DNA of 64,000 bases from Dimorphilus gyrociliatus (GCA_904063045.1 CAJFCJ010000005.1:1565988-1629987); one strand, 5' to 3'; positions 1-15,824 are shown, counted from the first letter of the stretch. A program made the numbers and translations. The notes: generated from the letters alone by a model not told the origin.

Positions 1-94
1 ATGCAAAAAAAAACATTCTTTACTTGCAATTTTCTGTTTAGTTTAAATCATTACATATGTTTTCTCTCTAATTTCTACAAATTTTCATACTCAG

Positions 95-3000
95 ATGAGC
101 ATAAAAAGGAAGATGAAACAGCAACTCTCAAAATGCTGTCAGTTATTACCGCTACATCAACTGGAGCTGAAGAAACAAATGATCTATCAAGTATTCAATT
201 GAGCGAAATATTCTCAGAATGTTTTATATCAACTAAAAAGCAGAAGAAAATTGATGAATGGCTAAAGAAATTAAAAATCTACTTAAAAAACTTAAATAGT
301 GACCAATCCATTGACGTTGAATTACCCACTTTCTTACCGGAAGATGTTGAGAAATTTCATTTAAAATCTTCTCATGCTCCTGAAAATATTGAACAAGTTT
401 CCCCCTACTGGCTGAATTCAGACGTTACAAGCAAAACTTTGAATATAGAAGTTTGTCTAGAAATACCGAAAAACTGTGTTTTCCCAAAAGATACTATAAA
501 TTACAAATACTTTTGTAAACGCATGGAATATTTAGCAAAGGTTGCATCTTTCTTAAAAAATTCAGATTTGGTTGCTGATATATTTTGGTCTTTAGACAAC
601 TCTGTAACTTATAGGCCAATTCTGATTATCGAACCGAATGAGCTGAAGAATGTTAAAGTTTTTGTTAAAACTGTAGTTCACAAAGATGTTCTTTGGAAAT
701 CAAGCCGATTCCAGCCCGGAGCAATTAATGTTAAACCTGAATATTTCAAAAAGAGTGAAGTTGAACAATCGACAAGTTTCTATAATGACAATTTGGGCTT
801 AGAAAAATTTTATTTTGAATCCAGACGTCAGCTACAAGAAAAACTAAAACCTTCTGACACAGCCACGAAGGGGTGTATCTTATTAAAAATTTGGTTGAGA
901 AATAGATTTCTCAATACTGGCTTTGGAAATTTTAATGATCATATAGCTGAATGTTTCTCCGTGTTTGTTCTTGAGAAAGAAGAAACTTTCCTTTCTCCTT
1001 TACACTTTTTTAAGATTGCAATGAAACATATAAATGAAGACTTTTTTCTCAAGCCGAAAGCCTTGAACGTAAGCTAATTATAGTACTCATTTGAGGCATA
1101 CAAACTCTAAATTTTTAATGTTTTTAGGGTGAAGTTGATGAAGAATATAAGAAATATTATGACGTAATCTTCTTGGATGGCTTTTCAATAAATCTTTGTT
1201 CACATTGGCATAAAAATACAGTTGACAGGATTAAGTATGAAGCTAAAATAGCCTTAAGTCTTATCGATGCTTCTCAGGGTTATCAATCCAATCTTATTGA
1301 GAATTTATTTGCATATGAAATTCAGCCAGAATTTGTTTTTGATCAAGTTATCTACATTAAAAAATGCAAACCTATTGAAAGTGAAATAAGTACATGCTGT
1401 AATATATTTTCTGCTGTTCCAAAAATTATTCAAATACTGGAGAGAGCTATTGGCAGAAGAGTTAAAAATATAATACCATATTCATCTCCTACTCAACCCT
1501 GGAATATATTGTCTAAAAGAGAAGAAAATACTTTGGCGATAGGTTTAATTTTAAACTTACAGCATTCGTATGAAATATTGGAAAAAGGACCTTCGGCTGA
1601 TTCCAATGAAGCAAAATCATTTCGCAATTTCTGGGGAGAAAAGTCTGAAATGAGAAAATTTCAAGATACATCAATATGCGAAGCGGTCGTATTTCCAGCG
1701 GACAACGCTGCTAAAAAAAGAAAAATTATAACAAAAATGATTAAATACATATTGGAAAGACATCTCAATGTTGTCAACAATGACTTAAAAATATTATCAA
1801 ATTCCATCGACAGTCAATTAACAGAAGAGGAAAAAGGAACCGGGGAAGAAGAATTGGCCTCAGTTTGTTCCTCCTTCGACAATTTGTGTAAAATACTCCG
1901 TAAATTGTCTCAGGATCTGCCCTTACCAATTCAAGCTATTCATGGCCTTCATCCAATATTAAGAATGACATCAACCTCCTCTACTCCCGAAATTATTGAT
2001 ATTATTTGTCTTCTAGAAACAAGCGGAAAATGGCCAGAAGATATAAATGCAATAAAAAGGTAACTAAATTTTTAAAAATATTATTCAACATTAATAGTTC
2101 TTTATTCAAAAGGTTAAAAGTTGCCTACTTGTTGGAGCTAAGAAAAAAATTAAAATTGTCCAATTATCAAGTCGAACTGAGCATTGACTTTCTAGATGTA
2201 ACATTCAATAATTTGAAATTTAGAATATCTGTTGCTCAAACAGGAGAAATAACTATGCTTAAGATGAATAAATCAAACAAAGGATTAATAAAATTCACAG
2301 ATACTGAAGAATCCATAGAAGCTCAGAAATTGATGGTAGCAAAGCCATTATTTGCATCAATGATAAAAGGCCTGCAGCAGGAGTATCCTGTCTTCAGTCT
2401 GTCTGTTCGTTTAGTAAAAAAGTGGCTTGATTCGCAAATGCTATCGCCTTACTTTGAAGACGAAGCCATAGAACTCCTCGTAGCATATATATTTCGAAGA
2501 AAATCCTGTTATAATGCACCAAATTGTTCACGTGTCACTTTTCTTCGATTTCTTGAACTTATAGCATCATTTGATTGGAAAATGTCTGGTTTGATTATAA
2601 ACATTGATGATAGTCTATCTAATAGTAGTATGGAAGAAATACGAAAAGAAATTGTAAAAAGTAAAAAGACACTACCATCTATGGTTTTATCCTGGTCGGG
2701 TGATAAGAAAGGTTGCATGTTTACAAAATCTACTCCAGATTTTATAATAAGACATTTAGTGGTTCTCAGCAAGAAAAGTATGGAATTATTGTCAAGTTCA
2801 CCAACAAATGTTGAAATTCTCTTCAAACCGGATCTTTCAATTTTTGATATTCTTATACATGTGAAGAAATCTGTTGGTAAAGAAATCGTAGAAAAGTTCG
2901 TGAATCGAATAAATGTAAGTTATAAATATTTAATATTTTAGATTTAAGTCAATGAACTAAACAAATTTAATTTATTATAAAACAGTTGGCCTACAAGAGT

Positions 3001-3231
3001 AATGCTATTTTCTTCTTTGATAAAAGCGAAAATTTAAAAATCGGAGGAATATGGAAACCCAATGCAAAAAATCGATCCTTTTCTACAACCCACTGTCATT
3101 ATGCAAGCCCTAATTGGAACAGGGAGGGCGAAATTATATTAACTATCGATTCAGAAGTTGTGAAGGAAGATATAAGAATATTAGGTAAAGATGTAATTAA
3201 TTCTATTGCAATAGTGAGACCAATGGTTTAA
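95..3231 (+). CDS. NOL6: Nucleolar protein 6 (Nrap/Utp22 family); 5' end lies outside the window
   Basis: Exons about 95-1068, 1128-2059, 2113-2914 and 2986-3231 join in frame across GT-AG introns. Nrap-type motifs include FWGEKSEMRKFQDTSICEAVVF, LETSGKWPEDI..IKRLKVAYLLEL and RLVKKWLDSQML..EAIELLVAYIF. Confidence 0.9.
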
Positions 3232-3529
3232 AGACAATTTATATTCCACTGTTATATTGTAATTAAAAGCTGATGCAAGTAACAAAAATCAATTTGCTTA
3301 TTGGAGCTTGTTGTGTATGCCAATAAACTCTTTCAAAGTACAACAAAAATCTATTAAGTTTTACTTTATCTGCAGTAATTATTTAATAATATATATTCAT
3401 ATTAAATAACATAACAAAGCTTTCCGAGTATTGCTAACAAACACAATACAATCAATCGTTTCAAATTATTTCACATCCTTTCTCTCAGTTTGTAAATAAT
3501 TCAACGTAGATCTAATTAAAAGTGATATA

Positions 3530-4627
3530 TCATCGAAGAAGTGAACAAACACGAATATTTGAACCACATCCAGCCATAGCTGCCTCTTCATTATTTACAT
3601 GCATCGTTTGAACAGCTCTTGAGAATGACACGAACGCTGTGATTTTCCCAGTTATTAGGTTAACCAAATGTAAACCACAGGTACCACTACCGGCTGCTAA
3701 AGCTGAATTCGCTTGCGCTAGTAAACTTGCGCAATACAAATATTCACCTTTTTCAGGGCTGTCTAAATTAAATATAACAGCTGGATGACTGGAAAATCTG
3801 TTTTTTATGTAATTCAGGATTTATTTCTGAAGGGAAAATGAAACCTACGAACCTGCAGTCCCACAACTCCAAAGCAGAATGTTTTCTCCAGGAGCCAGTT
3901 AATAAAAAATTATCAAAAGTATCAATGGCATCACCACATATATGAGGACCGGAAATATTCACAACACTTGTTCCTCTGGTGCGGGTATCCCATAACTTTA
4001 TAACATTATCCCAACCTCCCGATACAAGCACCGAATAGTCTTTCCATTTAACAGAAAAAATTCTACTAGTATGCCAACTACAATCACGAACCATTGTTTC
4101 TGAAGATAAATCGTAAATTCTCAAACAACCATCACTTCCTCCAGTAGTTGCCTGATTGTTTGGTGAAATATCTAGGCAATTTGTACCACTAGGTTCTTTG
4201 AAGAGACGGCGGATTTGCGGGTCTCCAGTGTTTATAGAACATTCAATTATGCTTCCTAATGAAGAAACGGTGTAGGATTAATTATTTAAAATCGATCTTA
4301 AAATTTATAATTATACTAATTACAGTAATTAAGTAATTTACCTGAAGCAAGAGTGGCTAAAATTCCATCTTTTTTTATCCATTTAACTGACATTACAGGA
4401 ATATCACCATCAATAGCCTTTGTGGTTGAAATTTGTTTATGATCCGAGTCCCTAAATTGTATGGTTCCATCAGCTAAACCCAACGCTAAAGAGCCAACAG
4501 AGTTGAATTGCAATGAATATACTGAATTTTCAGAGAAAGTACACGAATAAGTCAGCTTAATGTCCAATCCATTGAGATCTGTTTTTTTGCTTGCTTCTAG
4601 AGCTTCTGTCAATCTTCTAGCCGGCAT
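3530..4627 (-). CDS. Uncharacterised WD40-repeat protein, probably cilium-associated
   Basis: Three exons (about 4627-4342, 4256-3870, 3750-3530). WD repeats include TTGGSDGCLRIYD, HTSRIFSVKW..LVSGGWDNVIKLWD and GPHICGDAID..LLTGSWR..LELWD. Confidence 0.8.
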
Positions 4628-4653
4628 CTCTCGAAAACTTCGAAATTGTTTGA

Positions 4654-4678
4654 ATCTCTATAGGAACAGATGGCGCTG
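4654..4678. promoter_or_regulatory. X-box (RFX)-like 14-mer ATCTCTATAGGAAC next to a CTCF/YY1-like AACAGATGGCGCTG in the WD40/SRSF1 divergent promoter
   Basis: Motifs read directly at 4654-4667 and 4665-4678, 27-50 bp from the WD40 ATG, inside a 306-bp head-to-head interval. Confidence 0.5.
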
Positions 4679-4933
4679 TAGTCCCAAGGATCGATTATTT
4701 TATAAAATATCTATATAAAAAATATATGGTACTGAATTTGGCAGATATTTTAATTCTCTTATTTATTTTTTAATTAAATAAAAAATCAATTAAAGTAAAA
4801 ATATCCCCAAAACTAAAACCACAAAATGCTTTTGCAAACAACAATACAATAAAATGTACACGATTTGCTCCCTGGCATTTCACTTCCGACTTTCTCATCC
4901 GGCAAGCCTACCGCTTATATCTCTAAAATAAGC

Positions 4934-6455
4934 ATGTCCTACCGTAACAATGATAGTAGAATTTATGTTGGAAATTTGCCCCCTGACATCAGGAGCAAAG
5001 ACTTGGATGATTTGTTTTACAAATATGGCAAAATTATGTATATCGACTTAAAGAATCGCCGCGGTCCGCCATTTGCTTTCGTCGAATTTGAAGATCCACG
5101 GTAAATTATTTAAACTTATTGCATTTTTGATCGATTTTGTCTTATTATTGCCGTGATGGGCTCCTAAAATGTTTTGTATAGAAGTTTTAACCCGTCTTCG
5201 TAGGGAAAATTTTTTTTTTTCTACAAATCAATTTGTCACGACTATTACTTTGTAGTGTAGCTTAAACGAAAGGAAATCTAAGATGGCGGCGCTCAAAGTG
5301 TTCAAACGCAACCTGACTGTCGAATTGTTTTCACAGAAACTAAAATAGAGGACCTATCACAGAGGATGCAATTATCAGTTATTTTCAAAAACCTCTGAAA
5401 TAACATAGGCTACATAGGTGGAATTTTGTAACTGCTCCGAATCATTGGGATTTTGAAAGTTCATAGCATGTGAGCTTTTCATTCTAAACATTTTTGCAAA
5501 AACAAATAGGCCGAATTTTCATAAAATACAGGATGGGAACAGTCTATTTTAAAAAAAAGGTTTTTAAAAAGTGAATTAATAGTGGAATAGACGTGGTTTT
5601 CGTAGGAATTGCAATTGGGAAAATGTAAAGTAAATTGTATGGTTCCTGAATAGATTTTTAGATTCAGATGGTTAGCCCCGTCATAGGACCGTTTTTCATA
5701 ATTCGAAGATTTGCAGGCTTAAAATATTAACTTAAAGCATAGTTCTTGGAAAATGGCGTGTAATTTGTTTTTACTCATAATACTCAATGAAAACTGACAC
5801 GTCATTCATCACAGTAAACATCTGTTACCAAAGTCTAAACAATTTTTGAATTTGAAACGAATTGCGTTAATACGCCACAAGATAAATGGAGAGTTCTTTA
5901 GAATGATCAATACGTTCTACTTTTAGTGACGCTGATGATGCAGTTCGTGGACGGGATGGATATAATTATGATGGATACACTTTACGAGTAGAATTTCCTA
6001 AGGATTCCAACAGAGGATCTCGTTCTCTGTATCGTGGACGAGGAGGCGGTGGCGGTTACAGAGGGGGAGGAAGAAGAGGTGGACGAGGAGGCGGAATGCG
6101 TCGACCAGAAAATAGAGTTTTGGTAACCAATCTACCTCCTTCAGGTTCGTGGCAAGATCTGAAGGATCATATGCGCGAAGCAGGAGATATTTGCTTTGCG
6201 GATGTTTATAAAGATGGCACAGGAATCGTTGAATTTCTCCATCATGACGATATGAAGTATGCTATTCGTAAATTGGATGATACGAAGTTTAGGAGCCACG
6301 AGAATGAAACAGCTTACATTCGTGTGAAAGAAGATGCTGGTAGACGAGATCGGTCAAGATCGAGATCAAGAAGCCATAGCTTTGAAAAGAGAGATCGAAG
6401 AAGTCCTAGCTACTCCCCGATGAGAAGGAGCCGTTCTCTATCTCCAGGTCGATGA
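4934..6455 (+). CDS. SRSF1: SR splicing factor, SRSF1/SRSF9 (SF2/ASF) family
   Basis: Exons 4934-5100 and 5927-6455. RRM1 [40 protein letters not shown], a Gly/Arg linker, pseudo-RRM2 [10 protein letters not shown] and a C-terminal RS domain are all present. Confidence 0.95.
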
Positions 6456-7287
6456 ACCCTGGTTGTTCTTTTTTTTTCTTGTAGCCTGTTATAAGTAAAA
6501 ACGGCTATTTTTATAAAGATAGTTTAAAGGTAAAAAAAAATATTTTTCACGCAGGATTATTTGATCAATCATTTTGAATTTCGAAAATAAAATGTGATTT
6601 TTAGTAGGTGTACTAAATATAAGACGCATCCATAATGTTAATAGAATTACTCTCTAAAGCGATCTATATAACTTTTTTTGTTTCCAGAATAGACCTAAAG
6701 TTTACCAAAGCATTGATTAAATATATTCTATTGCATAGGTGTATGAAGTGAACACTTTGTTGATAAATTAAATGTAACTTTTGTTATGTGCGAATAAAGT
6801 GTTATTTCGGGAAAGAAACCAATGCAAAACTAAAATTCAGTAGTTATCAAATTACTTGCTTTTTTGTAATATTAAAACTTAACGTATGAGTAAACTCATA
6901 ACTTTAAAGCACTGAAATTTTTTTTTAAACGTAACATTAATCAAATTAAAGTTTTGAGCAAGTTTTATTTTGTTGTGCAGTTGATATACTATTATGATTC
7001 ACTAAAATTAACAAAGTAGTTTTCATTGTGTTTATTATATATTATACTATACTATTTTATACGATCAGTTTTATTTGAAGGAAATAACATACTACTAAAA
7101 AGCTGGCCGAACATAAAGTTCTTATAATTTAAGCATAAAAGTTTACTTTCAGTCGACTTATTTTTTTTTTCGTAAGAATAAACATGTGTTTGATTTCAAC
7201 AGGTAACCTCCTTTATTCTTAAAAACCCGTAAAAATTACCGGATCTAAACTACCGGATCCATAGAGCGCCAATGCCAATCTAAAGCG

Positions 7288-8420
7288 TTAAAAATCGAGC
7301 ATCTGAAAAAAGTAACCGTTTGAGAGACATAGACCGAGAGTGGATAGATAAGATGCTTACCAATTGCGGGAGTATTTTCTCCACATGTTCTGGCATCACT
7401 TTATCCTGTGATTCAATCTGAAAAACCACACAAAATCTCGATTAGGTAGCTCACCCGAGAGCATTTGAGAATCCTTAGGAGCTTTTGGTACATTTAGCTT
7501 ATCATGACATCGCTTAGAACTTTCTAGAAGCTGAACTTACCTGGGCGCGCTTTGCGGCTCTGACGACGAGCTCTGGAAAATGAAGCTTGAATGTAAGTTT
7601 GTTGTGATAAATTTAGGCGATATATCGCGTATTTTTTAACATATAACAACTAGTTGACGCGATATATCATGATAACATTGATTGATTCACATTTAAAGCA
7701 GCCGAATAAGATTCAAAGCCATTCAAAACTTGATTGCATACGATGACTAGTACCCGTAGCCCACTCGTATTGATATATAAGGCCTACAGAAATGAGAAGC
7801 CTATACCCCAAGGACCAACCCTTGCTTTTCCATCCACAACCCAACGCGAGATTGAGTTTGTGTGTCTTGACTAGGGAACGCTACGGATCACTTGTAAATA
7901 TTTTTCCTTCAGTAGATTTCAGGTTATAGATAATCCAACTGCTCAACTATTACGAAATCGGAGCCACTACTATCTTTCGTTAGTTGAGAGAAAATTATTA
8001 ATATTTTCTTCAAATTGTCATCGAAGAGTTCGCTAACCCTCTCGTGACCAATTTGTGTTGGTTTTGTTATGTGTAACGTTACATGAATTTTTCAAATACA
8101 TTTCACAAGAACCTAAAAAACTGAATGTGTTTTCGAATGTCCTACCTTCAATAAAGCATCCAAAAAGCTCAGTAGCCAACTGTGCAGCATTGTTCTTCAC
8201 TAATTAATCGTAAAATTAATAAATGAGAAACAAGTAAAAAAATTTATCTAACTTTTGGTATTATCGCTCTTGAAGTTTAACTGAAGAGTTTTTCGGACTG
8301 TTTCCTAAAGATAAAATTGAGTCAGAAATAAGTAAAATTTACTTATAAGCATTAATTTGTTACTGGTTTTAAAAAAGAAGCAGCAGAGCTTTCATCGCAA
8401 TCTTTGCCGCTATCCGCCAT
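7288..8420 (-). CDS. CENPX: Centromere protein X (MHF2/STRA13/FAAP10), 88 aa, five exons; absent from the ORF track
   Basis: Exons 8420-8364, 8304-8253, 8199-8146, 7572-7541 and 7417-7361, plus terminal MLDF* at 7302-7288, all have GT-AG ends and compatible phases. Product: MADSGKDCDESSAASFLKPETVRKTLQLNFKSDNTKMKNNAAQLATELFGCFIEELVVRAAKRAQIESQDKVMPEHVEKILPQLMLDF. This matches the CENP-X histone fold and its EK.LPQLLLDF-type C-terminus. Confidence 0.92.
7746..7895. mobile_element. Possible degenerate MITE/Helitron-like short element in the long CENP-X intron
   Basis: Imperfect terminal inverted repeats ACTAGTACCCGTAGC (7746-7760) and GCTACGGATCACTTGT (7880-7895); no coding capacity. Confidence 0.3.
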
Positions 8421-8703
8421 AACTGATGAAACTTTCACCAATTTTGAAAACTGGTTGAATTTAAAATCTTGGGAGAAAATATTAACAAATAATAAAGTCA
8501 AGTTCGTTAAGTTCATATTGAATGTATTTGAACACTTCAAATATCAGAAATAAGCAACACAATAATGAAGTATAATAACTATTGAGATTCTTAACTACTT
8601 GATCTTATAAGAAATACTGTGACAAATAGTCATTAGTGTGGGATATCATTGCAAGTGTTTTAGCCGCATTATCAAAATTGTAAGATCAAATTTTTTTCTT
8701 TTT

Positions 8704-10713
8704 TTACTGCGATGCATGCAACTTGGTGCGATCAGAAATTTCCGGAACCTCAATCATCCAAGGTGACTTTGCCTTTCCAAATTGAATATCTGTCAAGTTC
8801 TTTAGCAGCCTCCCATAGGTGGGATTCTCGACCTCCATTGTTGGAACTTCTAGCCATTTATTTTGGTAAAGAACTCTGTCAACGGGTGAAACAATACAGG
8901 CAGTTCCTGCCCCAAACACTTCTTCAACCCTGTTGTCCTTTAAACCGTTAACTAAGTCTTTCATTGTAATTATTCTTTCAGAAACGTTAAATTCACCCTA
9001 CAAGATTTAATCCAAATTAGAATATATAAATGAAAATAACACAGATCATATACCCATTGTTTGGCTAGTTCAAGCAAAGATAGTCTCGTAACTCCTGGTA
9101 AGATAATCCCTTGAGAAAGGGGTGGTGTTACCAATTCTCGTACTGGTGAACAGAAAATAAGTAGTTATAGATATAATATACAATTTTTTTGACTATTACT
9201 TCAATATACCTCCTTTTTCATTCGTCCACATCATAAAGATGTTCATTGTACCTACTTCAGTCATTTGTTCGTCTTTTCCATATAGCCATAAAACTTGTTG
9301 ACAGTTATGCTTTTTGTTTGCCAGATTTTGAATATAAATGGTAGGAGCATAATTACACCCCATTTTATAGCCTCCAGTACCACCTATAGTAGCTCTGACA
9401 AATTGCGGGTCAGCCAAAAGAGAAATTGGTTTAAATCCAGTTTTATAGTATGGTCCAACTGGTCCTGCTATTACAAAAAGTTTGGCGCTTGTTGATTTGC
9501 TCACTCCTAAGTGAGGATCAGTTCCTATCATTGTTGGTCGAATGTAGAGTGTGGAAGACTGACTACATGAAGATGGATTTGGTTTTGGTACCCAGTCGCT
9601 ATCAATAGCGATTAACTTTTTGATGCATTCGATCAATTCTTCACCATCGAAATCAGGAAGGTTCGATCGTAGGGCTGTTGTCTTCATTCTCTCCATATTT
9701 TTATCTGGCCTGAACAGTCGAATGACATTGTCGTATCCTCTGTAAGCTTTCATACCTTCAAACAGTTCAATAGCATAATGCAATACCTTTGTTGCTGGAT
9801 GCATCGAAAAATTTCTTATTTCTGAAATCTTCGGTCTTGTCCATCCCTCACTCTCTGTCCAGTCGATTTCCAGCATATGATCGGAAAAATTCTGACCGAA
9901 AACCAAGTCATCCGCATTGGGTATTTCTTTGGGATTCTTCGTTAGCTCAATTTCTAGATTGGAGGCCTTGAAACTTGAGTATCTCGAAATTCCAGTAACT
10001 TGTACTGGACGTAACTTTTTAACCTGAAAAAATAATATTTAAATTATGTTTAAAAAAGTATTGCTTCAATTATTAATATTTTCAAAAGTTAACAATAGCT
10101 AACCGATGTTGGAATTGAATATTATGTTTTTTATTAATCGATGTCTAAATCTATATTAGTTTTTAATTTTAGCTTTATTTGATTTCATTAAAAAAACACA
10201 ACAAATAATATGTTAATATGTTAAAAAGCATTTTGATAATATCTCGAAACAGTTATTTATAAAATATCATGTAAACTTTTTCAAAACCAATATTTAAATA
10301 ATTCATAAGGCAAAAAGTTAATTTTATTGCGTTTGTTACACTCAACCTCACACGTGCCACTAAGCCTAGTATTTAGGTCTGGGTCATTTTTTGAAAGATC
10401 TTATTCTTGAAGTTGAGAATGAGGAACAATGCTAAATGTTTAAAATATTTAAAATTATCATCTCATTTAACAAGGAAGTTTATCAAATATATAAGAAATG
10501 TTCCTAATCTTTCAACAGAATATGGCTAGTATCATTAATTTACATGGAAAAATCCAAAAGTGTAGAAAGAAATTTTTAACTGTGTCAGTTGCTTAAATTG
10601 AACAAAAAATATTTTAATTTACTGAAAAGCTCAAAAAATATAATATATAACATTTACAAACACAAAAAAATTAAAAAAGTATTAATCACCAAAGACGCAA
10701 ATCGCAACGCCAT
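8704..10713 (-). CDS. BCAT: Branched-chain amino acid aminotransferase with an N-terminal mitochondrial-type presequence
   Basis: First exon 10713-10690 (MALRFASL, good Kozak context) joins in phase 0 to exon 10023-~9203 (VKKLRPVQVTGISRYSSFKA..). Motifs LHYAIELFEGMKAY, LYIRPT, YKMGCNYAPT (PLP lysine), EVGTMNIF, ILPGVTR and EVFGAGTA are present. Confidence 0.93.
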
Positions 10714-12305
10714 GTTGTTGAGTTTGATATTGACTGCAGAACTGTACTGTGTCATGCAAGAAAAAATAGAGCAGGGTAAAATATTCTGAGAAACTGGTAT
10801 GTTTGTAAAAGAACTTTCACTGATTTTAACAACTTTTTATTAGGTGAAACAAGAAAAATTACAAAACTTTCATAACTTGAAAATGTCAATTAAATTTTCA
10901 AGTTTAATTTTCATTTTTAAAAAATTAAAAATTTAAATTATATTGTTATTTTTCCTATTTGATTTTTTATATATCATTTATTATAAGTTAATGTTATACC
11001 AAAATTATCCTTGGTCTAAAAAATAAAATATGTAGACTATTATCTAGTATATGGTCTTTGTTTCATTCTGCAATATCATACTAAAATACAATGACGAAAT
11101 CCTCATATTTTTTCAGTAGTTCTTATAAACTATTGCTTTTTCAATTCAGACATTTTATATTTGCAATAGAACGACTATTTTAAAAAACACAAAAACTTCG
11201 GAGCTTATTATTATATATTACAACTATTACATTTATAGGATTATAGAGCGAAATAGTATATAACCTACATTTTATACAAATATTTTATATGAGCTAGGTG
11301 GCAAATTAGCGGATATAACTTTTTTTTACAGCTTTTATATTTACTTGCAATGATTTATTGATTTCCATTTACATACTCTAAAATTCACTTCATTTTTTCA
11401 AAAAGAAAAGAAATACAGCATTTTAAAAGTACCACTTACTTTTGACAAATTTTGTCCAAGTATTAGGTTATTAATATACAAATTATAATTAGAAATTATT
11501 AAAATAAGTCATTACCTCCAATAGGCTTACAGACTACTACTATCTGCAATTTATTACTTAAGAGCTACGATATCACTGTCTAATATAGGCTTTCAAGTTT
11601 ATAAGATGAGAAAGTTCATAGTATTAATCTAGATTGTAAAAATTATACAATTGAAGGATGTGGCAGTTTTCTCTTTTCCTTGTCATGTAAACTAGTTAAT
11701 GCTCTATTTTAATGCAAAACTAGATAATTTATCAATTTCCTATGAAATATTTTATTTAAACTACTCTATTTTGACAGAGATAATAATGAAAAAAGACGAA
11801 GGCATACTTTTGAAATTTGTATGGTGTTGAATAGTTCACACAAGTTTAGTATTTTTTAGTTTTCTCTTGTGTTATTGAATTGTATTTGTAAAAGAAAAAA
11901 AAAGAATAATTTATGAAAGGGAAAACTTCCAAAGCTTGTTTTTTCCGTTAATAAAATACTACTTAGCATTTATAGTCTAAGGCGAAAAATTCTTTGTCTT
12001 AATAAATCAAGCGAAAACTGGTACATCAGATTGCAAAAAGATATATTTATAACTAAGGAATGCAATAAGAATAAAAATTAAATTATTAAATTATTCTCAT
12101 TTGAATGGTGACGCTAATTATATTTTACTACATTCTCTAAAAAGACTTTTTTTTAAATTTAAATTCACTAGTATTAAGTTTTGTTAAATATTTTAGTAAA
12201 GTTTAAGTGAAGGCCAAGGCCAAGGTGAAGGATAAAGAGGCTCCATCGCTAATCGTTCGATTCTAGAAAACCTGTGCTGACAGATCTCATTATGTACTTG
12301 TGATA

Positions 12306-15824
<3,519 letters not shown>

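Noticed and set aside
1-94. ATG at position 1 as the NOL6 start
   Set aside because: Bases 1-94 look like an intron tail (pyrimidine-rich, ending CTCAG); the ATG is an artefact of the window edge.
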